Assembly: GCA_963815285.1 (NCBI GenBank)
Contig: CAWFGB010000005.1
Location: forward strand, 295,919-359,918
DNA: 64,000 nucleotides
Source of the DNA: an uncultured Acidobacteriota bacterium
GTDB taxonomy: Bacteria; Acidobacteriota; Vicinamibacteria; Vicinamibacterales; UBA2999
Direction of reading: 5' to 3'
Position 1 is the first letter of the stretch. The number at the start of each line of letters is the position of its first letter. Both the position numbers and the translations under genes were made by a program. Shown here piece after piece: positions 29,549-39,068 of the stretch. Below the pieces are notes generated by a model. That model had not been told where the DNA came from and did not search any database. It saw nothing but the letters and a program-made list of their open reading frames with translations.

Positions 29549-31794
29549 CAGCTGGTCCTCCGCTGTGAACGTGGCGCCGGGGCGCTCAACGCCGCCTTGG
29601 CGGCACGCCGGACGCCCCGAGGCCCGTCACTCAGGGCTTTCTCCAGCGCGCGCTGCGCGTGGCCCGAACCGGCGGCGCGCAGGGCGAGGGCAGCGGCCTG
29701 ACGTAACCTCAGGGTCCTCAGCGGCGCCCACCACTCGCCACGATAGAGGACGTTCTTCAGCGCGTCGACCCACTCGAGCTCCCCTCCCAGTCTGCCCAGT
29801 GCCTCGATGGCCGCGAGGTAGACCGATTCGAGGCTGCCGCGGTGATCGACGTGTTCGAGGATGTGAACGAGCAAGGGTGCCGCACGGTCGTCGCGCGTCG
29901 ACACGAGGACCTGCATGATCGCGTCACGTTTGCGGGCGTCGCCGGACTTCAGTGCCTCCTGCAGAATGGCATAGGCCTCAGGCGTACCGATCTGGACAAT
30001 GGCGCGCAAGGCGTCGCGCTGGACGGCGGGCTCCGCGTCGTCCAGGAGCCGGGCGAGGTCAGGCAGCGCATCGGCGCCACCAAAGGCACGCAGCAAGTCG
30101 ATGGCGGTGCGCCGGACCGCGGGATTGGCGGATGACCGCAATTCGTCAGCGTAGGCCCGGCCGGCGGCTCCGAAGCTGAGAAGGACCTCGCGCAACCGCT
30201 TGACTGCTCCGCCATGTTCGTTGACCAGCGCTTCAGCCAGTGGCCCGATCACCGAGGGGCCAAGCGCACGGCAGAAGGCCGAAATCGCCTGCAGGTCCGA
30301 GTCTTTCGCCTGGCGGATGAAGAGGACGACGTGCCGCATCAACTCTCCACTTCGCAGGCGTTCAAGGCCGCTCTGCGCAGCGTCGGCAAATGGTTGTCCA
30401 TCTTCCGCGGCGGCGATGAGCACGTCCAGCACCTGCTGGGCCAGTGCCAGGTGCTCGGTCAGCACGTCCTGGTCGATGGTCAGAATCGCCGAGTCGAGAA
30501 CGAGGCTCCACTGTTCGGGCCGCCGTTCGAGCGTCAGCAGGTCAACCAGCACCTGATGATCGTGCTCGAGGACCGCGGCTTCGCTCACCGTGGCGAGCCA
30601 GGCGCTGACCCGTTCAGGCGGATCGTCGCTGACGCGCTCGACTTCGATGGCCAGGGCACGTGCCGTCGCCAGCTCCCGTCCGTAATCGTCGGGAACGAAC
30701 TTGGCATCCGAGTACGTCGTCAGCAGTTGGGCCGCGCTCTTCCAGAGATTCGGGAATTCCGGCTGGCGGCCAATCGGGAGGTTGGCGGCTTCGCGTTCCG
30801 CCATCTCCAGCAGCTCGTTACGCTTGCCTTCCTCCGGGACGAGTGCCTGGAAGGCTTGCGCCAGTCGGCCCGTCGCCCCTTCGTCCCGCGACACCGACTG
30901 CGCCACGAACTCAGCGATCGATTGATCGGTCAGTCGAGCGCGGACTTCACCGGGCAGATCGATGCCAGGTTTGCCTCCGTCCATCGCCGCGCCGGTCGTG
31001 ATCATAGTGATGACCATGTCCGGCGTCAGGCGCGGCAGCACGCCCGCTATCTGATTCAGGATGCGATTCAGCTGTTCGGGATGGTGGGTCGCGACGAAGT
31101 CGGCCAGCGCCTGCAGGACACGTAAAACGACCTCCTTGTTGCCACGGCCACGAGCATTGGACTCCGCCGCCTTGGCGACCAGTTGCTCGGTGAAGTCCTT
31201 GAAGCGGCTCGCGTCTCCGGCAATGTCGAACAGCGCCCTCATCGCGTCGTCATCAAGATCCGATAACTCCCCCTCGAGGTAGTTGGCGATGATCCGGTCC
31301 CATCCGCTCTCGAGCCCGCCCGCGCGTTCGCGCAGCACCTCGCTGTAGTCAATCTGCAGGATCTCAATCGGGCCGCCGCCGGCCGCCATCCACGCGCGGT
31401 CGAACCCACCCTCGGTGCGGATGTCCTCGGCCGGGCGGGACAACAGCGTCAGGAACGTATGCCAGGTCGCGGGAGCCAATTCGCCGGTGATGCGCAATTC
31501 GCCGATTGAGTGGGCGTGGAGCAGGATCGCGAGCTCGCCGAGGGCGCTGTCCGGTTTTGCGGCCGGTCGGCCATCGAAGAGGAGGGCCTCCGGGAGCACC
31601 GTCAGCACCGCGATCTCCTGCAATCGGAGCCGTTCCGACGATTCCCCGACCCGATTGAGCGACGCCTGAATGGCGGGATGTGTGGCGGGGTAGAGAGCCA
31701 CCACACGCGCGGCCGCCTTGCAGGCGCGCGCGAATTCCACCAGTCGTGACGCCTCGTCTGGGGTCAGCGCGTCGGCGGGATCCATCGCTGCCAT
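29548..31794 (-). CDS. Large HEAT-repeat protein (748 aa) with an N-terminal module paralogous to the HD-GYP N-terminus.
   Basis: C-terminal HEAT/PBS-lyase-like repeats (NPAVRRTAIDLLRAFGGADALPDLARLLDDAEPAVQRDALRAIVQIG...). The N-terminus ...AARVVALYPATHPAIQASLNRVGES resembles AAVRSAQLYASGHPLVQRSLDALGET of the next gene. Confidence 0.8.
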   Translation of the reverse strand: MAAMDPADALTPDEASRLVEFARACKAAARVVALYPATHPAIQASLNRVGESSERLRLQEIAVLTVLPEALLFDGRPAAKPDSALGELAILLHAHSIGELRITGELAPATWHTFLTLLSRPAEDIRTEGGFDRAWMAAGGGPIEILQIDYSEVLRERAGGLESGWDRIIANYLEGELSDLDDDAMRALFDIAGDASRFKDFTEQLVAKAAESNARGRGNKEVVLRVLQALADFVATHHPEQLNRILNQIAGVLPRLTPDMVITMITTGAAMDGGKPGIDLPGEVRARLTDQSIAEFVAQSVSRDEGATGRLAQAFQALVPEEGKRNELLEMAEREAANLPIGRQPEFPNLWKSAAQLLTTYSDAKFVPDDYGRELATARALAIEVERVSDDPPERVSAWLATVSEAAVLEHDHQVLVDLLTLERRPEQWSLVLDSAILTIDQDVLTEHLALAQQVLDVLIAAAEDGQPFADAAQSGLERLRSGELMRHVVLFIRQAKDSDLQAISAFCRALGPSVIGPLAEALVNEHGGAVKRLREVLLSFGAAGRAYADELRSSANPAVRRTAIDLLRAFGGADALPDLARLLDDAEPAVQRDALRAIVQIGTPEAYAILQEALKSGDARKRDAIMQVLVSTRDDRAAPLLVHILEHVDHRGSLESVYLAAIEALGRLGGELEWVDALKNVLYRGEWWAPLRTLRLRQAAALALRAAGSGHAQRALEKALSDGPRGVRRAAKAALSAPAPRSQRRTS

Positions 31795-31956
31795 TTCCCC
31801 GCATACGATATATCCTTTCTCGGGACTCAGCGCTTTCGTGTTTCCGTGGGGCTCGCAAGGTTGGACCGCCGCCTTCCCGAGGCCCCGGGCGAAAGCGAGC
31901 GACTCCTGCGTGTGAAAGCCAGTCCTTGGTGCGAGCGAAGCGAGCGAGTCCCGAAT

Positions 31957-33285
31957 TTGAGAGCCGTTGACATCATTCGTTCCAAACGCGACGGCCAGGC
32001 GCTTTCGCGGGAGGCGATCGAGGCGTTCATCCAGGGCATTACCGATGGGTCGTGGGCCGACTATCAGGCCTCGGCCCTGCTGATGGCCGTCGTGCTTCGC
32101 GGGATGACCGCGGACGAAACGAGCTGGCTGACTGAGGCCATGGTCCGCTCGGGGCGCCGCGTCGACCTGTCCTCAATTCCCGGAATCAAGGTCGGCAAAC
32201 ACAGCACGGGCGGGGTCGGCGACAAGGTATCCATCGTCCTGGCGCCGGTGGCGGCGGCTTGCGGCGTCATCGTTCCCAAGATGTCCGGCCGCGGGCTCGG
32301 CCACACCGGCGGCACTCTGGACAAACTACAGGCGATCCCCGGGTTTCGCGTCGATTTGGGGCTCGACGAGTTCATCGACATTCTGGGCGACGTCGGCTGT
32401 TGCCTGATCAGCCAGACCAAGGACATCGCCCCTGCCGACAAGCGCCTCTATGCCCTCCGCGATGTCACGGCCACGGTCGAGAGCATCCCGCTCATCTCCG
32501 CGTCGGTCATGAGCAAGAAGCTGGCGGAGGGCAGTAATGCGGTCGTGCTCGACGTCAAATGCGGCAGCGGCGCCTTCATGAAAAGGTTCGATGAGGCACT
32601 GGCACTGGCGCGTTCGCTGGTGTCCATCGGGGAATCGCACGGGGTCCGTACAGAAGCGTTCATCACGAATATGGACACCCCGCTCGGAACCGCCGTCGGC
32701 AACGCCCTCGAGATCGCGGAGTGTATCGAGACGCTCAAGGGCGAGGGTCCGGCTGATCTCGAGGCATTGATCCTGCGCCTCGGCGCACGAATGGTGCAGT
32801 TGGCGGAGCGGGCCCGAGGAGCAGTCGAAGCTCAGGCTTGCGTGCGCGATGCGCTCGAATCCGGCGCCGCGCTGCGGAAGTTCGGGGACATGCTCGTGCG
32901 CCAGGGCGCGGACGCCGGCGTGATCGAGAACCCGGGCAGGATGCCGCAAGCGCGGAGGCACCGGCACGTCGAGGCGGCCGCGACCGGGTACATCTCCCGT
33001 CTGGATGCCGAGGCCGTGGGACGAGCCGCCATGATGTTGGGCGCCGGCCGCGACCGCGTGGACGCGCCCATTGACCTCGCGGCGGGCGTCATGGTGTTGA
33101 AGAAGCCGGGCGACCCGGTGACACAGGGCGACGACGTGCTCGTCCTGCACTACAACGACGAGGAGCAGCTCGGTCAGGCGATTCTGCTCGCGCAGTCCGC
33201 CATCGACATTGCCGCGACGCCGCCGTCGCCTGCACCGCTGGTGCTCGGCTGGGTCCATGCAGAGGGAGAGGTGAGTTACGTATGA
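31957..33285 (+). CDS. deoA: Thymidine / pyrimidine-nucleoside phosphorylase.
   Basis: (L)RAVDIIRSKRDGQALSREAIEAFI..., KHSTGGVGDK, SGRGLGHTGGTLDKL. Start placed at TTG 31957, giving 442 aa, the typical length. The track ORF extends 37 codons further upstream. Confidence 0.9.
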   Translation: MRAVDIIRSKRDGQALSREAIEAFIQGITDGSWADYQASALLMAVVLRGMTADETSWLTEAMVRSGRRVDLSSIPGIKVGKHSTGGVGDKVSIVLAPVAAACGVIVPKMSGRGLGHTGGTLDKLQAIPGFRVDLGLDEFIDILGDVGCCLISQTKDIAPADKRLYALRDVTATVESIPLISASVMSKKLAEGSNAVVLDVKCGSGAFMKRFDEALALARSLVSIGESHGVRTEAFITNMDTPLGTAVGNALEIAECIETLKGEGPADLEALILRLGARMVQLAERARGAVEAQACVRDALESGAALRKFGDMLVRQGADAGVIENPGRMPQARRHRHVEAAATGYISRLDAEAVGRAAMMLGAGRDRVDAPIDLAAGVMVLKKPGDPVTQGDDVLVLHYNDEEQLGQAILLAQSAIDIAATPPSPAPLVLGWVHAEGEVSYV

Positions 33286-34625
33286 CCGACGCCGCGCCGG
33301 TTCGAACCGATGGACGTCTGCGGCTCATCGCTGTCGCCACCGCGATTGTCGTCCCCGTCATTGCCTGGACCATGTCGGACGTGATTGGTTACCGGGGACA
33401 GGCGGCGGCCGGGGCGATTTGCTTCATCGCTATCTGCGCGGCGTGCTCCGCCAACTTGCGCGCGGTCAGCTGGCGCACCGTGCTGTGGGGCATCGCCCTG
33501 CAGCTGGCGCTGGCGATCTTCATCTTGAAGTTCCAAATCGGCGATTTCAGACCGGGCTATGCGCTTTTCAGCGCCGTCGCCCACGTTGTCAGCCGCTTCA
33601 TCGAGTTCACCAACGCGGGCTCGTACTTCGTCTTTGGGGCGCTGGCCAACCAGGAAACGATGGGCAAGGTGTTCGGACCCGAGAACGGTTTCGTCTTTGC
33701 CTTTGCCGGGCTGCCCACCATCATCTTCATCTCGTCATTCTTCACCGTCCTCTACTACTTCGGCGTGCTGCAGGTCATCGTGTGGCTGATGGCCCGCGGG
33801 ATGATGTATGCGTTGCGCACCAGCGGCGCGGAGACGCTGTCGGCGGCGGCCAACGTCTTCATGGGCCAGACCGAGGCGCCCATCATCGTGAAGCCCTACG
33901 TTCCGGGGATGACCATGTCCGAGTTGCTGGCCATGATGGTCGGTGGGATGGCGACGATCTCCGGCGGCGTCATGGCGGTCTACATTGGTCTCGGCGCCGA
34001 CCCGATCGCCATTCTCACGACCAGCGTGATGGCGGCGCCGTGCGGCCTCTATCTCGCCAAGCTGCTGCTCCCGGAAACCCAGGCGCCTGAAACGGGCGGC
34101 GACATCCGGTTACGCATCGAACGAACCCACGTCAACGTGATTGACGCTGCGGCGGCGGGCGCCAGCGATGGCCTGTCGCTCGCGCTGAACGTCGCCGCCA
34201 TGCTGATTGCGTTCCTGGCGTTCATCGCCCTGCTCGACGCGCTGCTGGGATGGGCGTGGCCGGGTCTGACGCTGGCGTCGATCTTCTCCACCCTGTTCGC
34301 GCCGGTGGCGTTTCTGATGGGCGTGCCATCCCAGGATATCCCGGCCGTGGCCGATCTGCTGGGGACCAAGCTGGTGGCAAACGAGTTCGTCTCGTTCGTG
34401 AAGCTGACCACTGAGTACCGGGATATCGATCCGCGCAGCTACATCCTCGCCACGTATGCGCTGACCGGGTTTGCCAACCTGGGCTCGATTGGCATCCAGC
34501 TCGGTGGCATTGGGGCGATGGCTCCGAGCCGGCGCGGCGATCTCGCGCGCCTGGGGTTCCGCGCGCTCCTGGCCGGGTTCGTGGCGACGCTGGTCAACGC
34601 ATGCATCGCGTCTATCCTGTTGTAG
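33282..34625 (+). CDS. nupC: NupC-family concentrative nucleoside transporter.
   Basis: Polytopic. FVFGAL, NVFMGQTEAPIIVKPY, and GFANLGSIGIQLGGIG are the CNT family signature. Confidence 0.9.
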   Translation: MTDAAPVRTDGRLRLIAVATAIVVPVIAWTMSDVIGYRGQAAAGAICFIAICAACSANLRAVSWRTVLWGIALQLALAIFILKFQIGDFRPGYALFSAVAHVVSRFIEFTNAGSYFVFGALANQETMGKVFGPENGFVFAFAGLPTIIFISSFFTVLYYFGVLQVIVWLMARGMMYALRTSGAETLSAAANVFMGQTEAPIIVKPYVPGMTMSELLAMMVGGMATISGGVMAVYIGLGADPIAILTTSVMAAPCGLYLAKLLLPETQAPETGGDIRLRIERTHVNVIDAAAAGASDGLSLALNVAAMLIAFLAFIALLDALLGWAWPGLTLASIFSTLFAPVAFLMGVPSQDIPAVADLLGTKLVANEFVSFVKLTTEYRDIDPRSYILATYALTGFANLGSIGIQLGGIGAMAPSRRGDLARLGFRALLAGFVATLVNACIASILL

Positions 34626-34634
34626 AGTGCGCGC

Positions 34635-35459
34635 TTGAGTTCTCAATACTTCGACCAGGTGATTGAAGCCGCCGAGTGGCTGCGCGGCAGGGGATTTGGC
34701 GGCGGGGACGTGGGACTCGTGCTCGGGTCGGGGCTCGGCCCGTTTGCCGACACGGTGCAGGAGGCGTTCGGTATCAATTACGCCGACATCCCGCACTTTC
34801 CGGCCGCCCACGTCATCGGTCATGCCGGGCGTCTCGTCGGCGGCACAGTGCTCGGGCGTCACGTGATTGCCTTGTCGGGGCGAGCGCACTTTTACGAAGG
34901 GCACGACCTGCGCGCGGTGACCTTTGCCATCCGCGTGCTCGGCTGTCTCGGAATCCGCACGCTGATTCTCACCAACGCCGCCGGGGGGATCAACACCGCC
35001 TTCTCGTCGGGGGCGCTGATGATCATCGATGACCACATCAACCTGCTGGGCAGCAATCCGCTCATCGGCCCCCAGGAGGATCGGTTCGGACCGCGATTTC
35101 CCGATATGACCGAGGTCTATTCGCCGCGGCTGCGCGCGCTCGCCGACGAAACGTCCCGCGACATCAACTTGACGGTCTGCCATGGTGTCTACATCGCGGT
35201 GCACGGGCCGAGCTACGAGACACCTGCGGAGATCCGCGCCTTTCGCACGCTCGGAGCCGATGCGGTCGGCATGTCCACCGTCCCGGAAGCCATCGTCGCG
35301 CGTCAGATGAACATCGACGTTCTCGGCATCTCCTGCATCACCAACATGGCGGCAGGGGTGCTGCCCATACCGCTCAATCACGATGATGTGATGGAGACGA
35401 CACGCCGCGTGCGCGCGCAGTTCATCGCACTGCTGGAGGGGGTCATTGGCCGGCTCTGA
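34635..35459 (+). CDS. Purine nucleoside phosphorylase (trimeric PunA/PNP-I type).
   Basis: LGSGLG..., HFP...VIGHAGRLVGG, GRAHFYEG, LTNAAGGIN, DHINLLGSNPLIG, GPSYETPAE, GADAVGMSTVPE. Confidence 0.9.
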   Translation: MSSQYFDQVIEAAEWLRGRGFGGGDVGLVLGSGLGPFADTVQEAFGINYADIPHFPAAHVIGHAGRLVGGTVLGRHVIALSGRAHFYEGHDLRAVTFAIRVLGCLGIRTLILTNAAGGINTAFSSGALMIIDDHINLLGSNPLIGPQEDRFGPRFPDMTEVYSPRLRALADETSRDINLTVCHGVYIAVHGPSYETPAEIRAFRTLGADAVGMSTVPEAIVARQMNIDVLGISCITNMAAGVLPIPLNHDDVMETTRRVRAQFIALLEGVIGRL

Positions 35460-35841
35460 GCTGTTGCTCAACGCCGCTCGTGCCGCCTTCGATCGTGCGA
35501 TGGCCGACTATTCGCAGTTCAAGGTCGGCGCCGCCCTCGAAACGGCTGACGGCCTCATCGTCTCGGGCTGCAACATCGAGAACGCGTCCTATGGCCTCAC
35601 GATGTGCGCCGAGCGCGTCGCGATGTTCAAGGCGCTATCCGAAGGGCATCGGGCCTTTCGCCGCATCCTGATCGTCACCGACACCAACGCGCCGACGCCG
35701 CCGTGCGGCGCCTGCCGGCAGATCCTGTGGGAGTTCGGCGGCGATCTCGAGATCCTGCTGGCAGACCTGACCGGCGTCACGGCCGCCCACCGGCTCAGCG
35801 ACCTCCTCCCCGTCGCTTTCGACCGGCGCTCGCTTCGCTAA
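35446..35841 (+). CDS. cdd: Cytidine deaminase.
   Basis: The zinc motifs are CAERVAMFKA and PCGACRQ. Length 131 aa. Overlaps the PNP gene's 3' end. Confidence 0.9.
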   Translation: MAGSELLLNAARAAFDRAMADYSQFKVGAALETADGLIVSGCNIENASYGLTMCAERVAMFKALSEGHRAFRRILIVTDTNAPTPPCGACRQILWEFGGDLEILLADLTGVTAAHRLSDLLPVAFDRRSLR

Positions 35842-35850
35842 CTCAAGAAA

Positions 35851-35989
35851 CACGGGGTTCTCTTCACAGGGTTCCTTCAGGGAGTTCCGCTCACGTGGGT
35901 TCACAGGGTCCCTTCACGGGGTTCCTTCACGGGGTCCATTCACAGGGTTCCTTCACGGAGTTCCGCTCACTTGGTTCACAGGGTTCTAT
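35851..35989. repeat. Eleven degenerate tandem about-13-nt units (CACGGGGTTCCTT consensus), starting 9 nt after the cdd stop.
   Basis: Units start at 35851, 35865, 35878, 35892, 35902, 35915, 35928, 35941, 35954, 35968 and 35977. Examples are CACGGGGTTCCTT, CACAGGGTTCCTT and CACGGAGTTCCGCT. Confidence 0.85.
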
Positions 35990-36110
35990 CGAAGAGTTCG
36001 CGACGGCGGTCCCTTGGAGTTCAGGGGACTCGCGACAGGCTTTCCGGACGGCGTTCCAACGTCTTGCGCACGTCAAAGCATTCGCAGGGAACAGTCGGTC
36101 GTGAGAGCTC

Positions 36111-36188
36111 TCCGTGAACCTGGTGAAGTAACCCGTGCACGGCGGTCAGCGGCACGTCGTGGTGGGAGCGCCGTGAAGGAACCCCGTG
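36111..36188. repeat. Inverted copies of the 13-mer word (right arm of a foldback).
   Basis: tCCGTGAACCtGGTGAAGtAACCCGTGcacgg ... CCGTGAAGGAACCCCGTG. The last 18 nt are the exact reverse complement of CACGGGGTTCCTTCACGG, found at 35915..35932. Confidence 0.8.
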
Positions 36189-36227
36189 TTCGCTGTGCCG
36201 CGATGTGACGTGAGACAATTCGTTGAG

Positions 36228-37319
36228 ATGCTGCCGACGATTGAGTGGAAGGACGATGTGATTGTGATGGTGGACCAGCGCAAGCTGCCGTCCACCGAAG
36301 TGTACGTGCAGTGCAAGACCGCCAACGATGTGGCTAAGGCCATCAAGACGATGGTGATTCGCGGCGCACCCGCGATCGGGGTGGCGGCGGCGATGGGGAT
36401 CGGGCTTGGGATGTCGCGCAGCAAGCAGACCGGCACTCGACAGTTCGCCACCGAGTTCCAGAAGACATGCGACCTGATGGCCAGCACACGTCCGACGGCC
36501 GTCAATCTGTTCTGGGCCATCGAGCGGATGAGGCGATGCTTTTCCGAGGGCGCGCTCGCCGGCGAATCAGTTGATCAGCTGAAGGCGCGGCTCCGGGACG
36601 AGGCGCTCAGGATCCATGACGAAGATGTGGCCGGGTGTCGAGCGATTGGTGCGCACGGCGCCACGCTAGTCCCGGACCAGGCGCGCATCCTCACGCACTG
36701 CAACGCCGGCGCGCTGGCGACCGCCGGCTACGGCACGGCGCTGGGAGTGATTCGAGGAGCCATCGAGGCCGGCAAGCGCGTCAGGGTGCTGGCCGACGAG
36801 ACGCGACCGTTCTTGCAGGGCTCGCGCCTGACCGCCTGGGAATTGATGAAGGATGGCATTGATACGACCGTGATCACCGACAGCATGGCCGGCGCCTTGA
36901 TGCGCGACGAACAGATCGATCTGGTGGTCGTCGGCGCCGACCGCATTGCGGCCAACGGCGATACCGCCAACAAGATCGGCACCTACACCGTGGCGGTGCT
37001 GGCCCGCGAGCACGGCATTCCGTTCTACGTGGCGGCGCCTTGGTCGACCGTGGATCTCTTGACTGCCGACGGCGGTGGCATTCCCATCGAGGAGCGGCAT
37101 CGCAAAGAAGTGACGCACGTCGGTAGCAATCAGGTCGCCCCCGACGGCGCCCAAGTCCGCAACCCTGCATTCGATGTAACGCCGCATCGCTTCATCACCG
37201 CCATCATCACTGACCGGGGGATTTTCCACCCGCCCTTTGCGAAGACGCTGGCCGGTGAGACCGACGTCGCTCAACTCTTTCCTGACAGCTCTCGGCACAC
37301 CGAGCCAGAAGAACGGTGA
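36228..37319 (+). CDS. mtnA: S-methyl-5-thioribose-1-phosphate isomerase.
   Basis: Start trimmed to [86 protein letters not shown]. Confidence 0.9.
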   Translation: MLPTIEWKDDVIVMVDQRKLPSTEVYVQCKTANDVAKAIKTMVIRGAPAIGVAAAMGIGLGMSRSKQTGTRQFATEFQKTCDLMASTRPTAVNLFWAIERMRRCFSEGALAGESVDQLKARLRDEALRIHDEDVAGCRAIGAHGATLVPDQARILTHCNAGALATAGYGTALGVIRGAIEAGKRVRVLADETRPFLQGSRLTAWELMKDGIDTTVITDSMAGALMRDEQIDLVVVGADRIAANGDTANKIGTYTVAVLAREHGIPFYVAAPWSTVDLLTADGGGIPIEERHRKEVTHVGSNQVAPDGAQVRNPAFDVTPHRFITAIITDRGIFHPPFAKTLAGETDVAQLFPDSSRHTEPEER

Positions 37320-37352
37320 TGGCCGAGCGCTGAATGCTGAAAACACGAACGG

Positions 37353-38414
37353 ATGCGTGTCCTGGGCATCGAAACGTCGTGTGATGAGACCGCTGCTGCT
37401 GTCGTGGCCGCGGCTGAAGCCGGTGCGCCTCCCTGGCAGTTGCAATCAAGCGTGGTGGCATCACAGGTTGACATCCACCGCGAGTGGGGCGGCGTGGTTC
37501 CAGAACTCGCCGCCCGCCAGCACATTCGGGATATCTGTGGCACCGTGGAACGCGCCCTTCACGAAGCTGCGATCACGTGGGACGATCTCGATGCCCTGGC
37601 CGTGACGCAGGGCCCGGGGCTCATCGGCTCGCTTCTGGTCGGCGTCTCGTTTGCCAAGGCGGCGGCGTGGGCGGCGGCCAAGCCTCTCATCGCGGTCAAT
37701 CATCTCGCCGGGCACATCGAATCGCTGTGGCTGCAGAACGGCGAGATTCCCACCCCGGCAGTCGTGCTCGTCGTGTCGGGCGGCCACACCAGCCTCTACT
37801 TGGTTCCGACGCCAGGGGAGTATCAGCCGATCGGACGCACGCGGGACGATGCGGCCGGTGAGGCCTACGACAAGGTCGCGAAGTTACTTGGGCTCGGATA
37901 TCCGGGCGGCCCGATCATTGATCGGTTAGCCAAAGGCGCGGATAGCCACGCTGTCGCGCTGCCTCCGACCAGGTTGACGCACCCGGACCGAAACGCCCCC
38001 AGCCGCGAATATCGCTTCGACTTCAGCTTCAGCGGACTCAAGACGGCGGTGCTGCGTCACGTGCGCAAACGACAACAGCAGTTGCAGACCGAGCAGTTGC
38101 CCGACGCAGATGTTCGGCTGCTCGCTGCGAGCTTCCAGGCCCGTGTCGTGGACACTCTGGTGAAGCGGACCTTTGCCGCCGCGCGCTGGCACAACGCGCG
38201 CGCGATTGGCATCGCCGGCGGTGTCTCCGCGAATACGCGGCTCCGTGAGGTCGTCCAGGCCCGCGGTGAGAGCGCTGGGATCCCCGTGTTCCTGCCCAGC
38301 CCGCACTTGTCCACGGATAATGCCGCGATGATTGCGGCCGCCGGGCTGCGAAAACTCTCGCGCGGTCAGTTTGCCGCGCACGATCTCAACGCGGCGGCGT
38401 CGCTTCCGCTGTAA
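37353..38414 (+). CDS. tsaD: tRNA N6-adenosine threonylcarbamoyltransferase TsaD.
   Basis: MRVLGIETSCDETAAAVV, HLAGHIES, VSGGHTSLY, DDAAGEAYDKVAKLLGLGYPGGP, GIAGGVSAN. Confidence 0.93.
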   Translation: MRVLGIETSCDETAAAVVAAAEAGAPPWQLQSSVVASQVDIHREWGGVVPELAARQHIRDICGTVERALHEAAITWDDLDALAVTQGPGLIGSLLVGVSFAKAAAWAAAKPLIAVNHLAGHIESLWLQNGEIPTPAVVLVVSGGHTSLYLVPTPGEYQPIGRTRDDAAGEAYDKVAKLLGLGYPGGPIIDRLAKGADSHAVALPPTRLTHPDRNAPSREYRFDFSFSGLKTAVLRHVRKRQQQLQTEQLPDADVRLLAASFQARVVDTLVKRTFAAARWHNARAIGIAGGVSANTRLREVVQARGESAGIPVFLPSPHLSTDNAAMIAAAGLRKLSRGQFAAHDLNAAASLPL

Positions 38415-38463
38415 GCACGCCGCACGAGCGCGCCGCCCAACCATCGCATGCGCGGGAAGACTC

Positions 38464-38599
38464 AACACGGGGTTCGACGAGCGGTTCATCCGCACTCGTG
38501 TACTCTACGGGGAAATTGGGACACAGAGTTCCAGGACAGAATTTCGGGACAGAGTTCCAGGACGGAGTTCCGGGACGGGGTTCCAGGGACGGAGTTCCT
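38464..38599. repeat. AACACGGGGTTC head followed by six about-13-nt GGAC(A/G)GAGTTCC units (tsaD-yjbQ spacer).
   Basis: GGGACACAGAGTTCCAG GACAGAATTTCG GGACAGAGTTCCAG GACGGAGTTCCG GGACGGGGTTCCAG GGACGGAGTTCCT (38518..38599). The head at 38464 matches the start of the 35851 array. Confidence 0.8.
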
Positions 38600-38654
38600 A
38601 CGTCGTCCGTCGAGCGTGACTGGAACGCGCACAGAAACGTAGTGGGAGGACCTG

Positions 38655-39068
38655 GTGACCGTTCTGACAGAGTATCTCTGGTTCACCACCGAGAAGCGCC
38701 AGGAGTTCGTCCGCATCACTGACCAGATCGCGGCCATCGTGACGAGGAGCGGCGTCAAGGAGGGCATGGTGCTCGTTTCGGCGATGCACATCACCGCCGG
38801 CGTCTACGTCAACGATTGGGAGGACGGCCTGATTTACGATTTCCAGGTCTGGCTCGACAAGCTCGCCCCGGCCGGGCTCAACTACCGACATCATCAGACC
38901 GGCGAAGACAACGCCGATGCGCACCTGAAGCGCACGCTCATGGGGCACCAGGTCATCCTGCCCGTCACCAGTGGGAAGCTCGATCTCGGACCGTGGGAGC
39001 AGGTCTTCTACGCCGAGTTCGACGGTCAGCGCAGAAAGCGCGTCGTCGTCAAGGTCTTGGGGGAGTGA
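38655..39068 (+). CDS. yjbQ: YjbQ/UPF0047 family protein (secondary thiamine-phosphate synthase type).
   Basis: GTG start after GGGAGGA. ...FVRITDQI...[22 protein letters not shown]......H......DNADAHLK......G.L.LG.WE.V.. is the typical UPF0047 pattern. Confidence 0.88.
   Translation: MTVLTEYLWFTTEKRQEFVRITDQIAAIVTRSGVKEGMVLVSAMHITAGVYVNDWEDGLIYDFQVWLDKLAPAGLNYRHHQTGEDNADAHLKRTLMGHQVILPVTSGKLDLGPWEQVFYAEFDGQRRKRVVVKVLGE

Noticed and set aside
33297-33308. GGTTCGAA-type T-loop-like motifs (also near 50512 and 61047) as hints of tRNA genes.
   Set aside because: All lie inside well-supported coding regions, and no cloverleaf context could be built around them.
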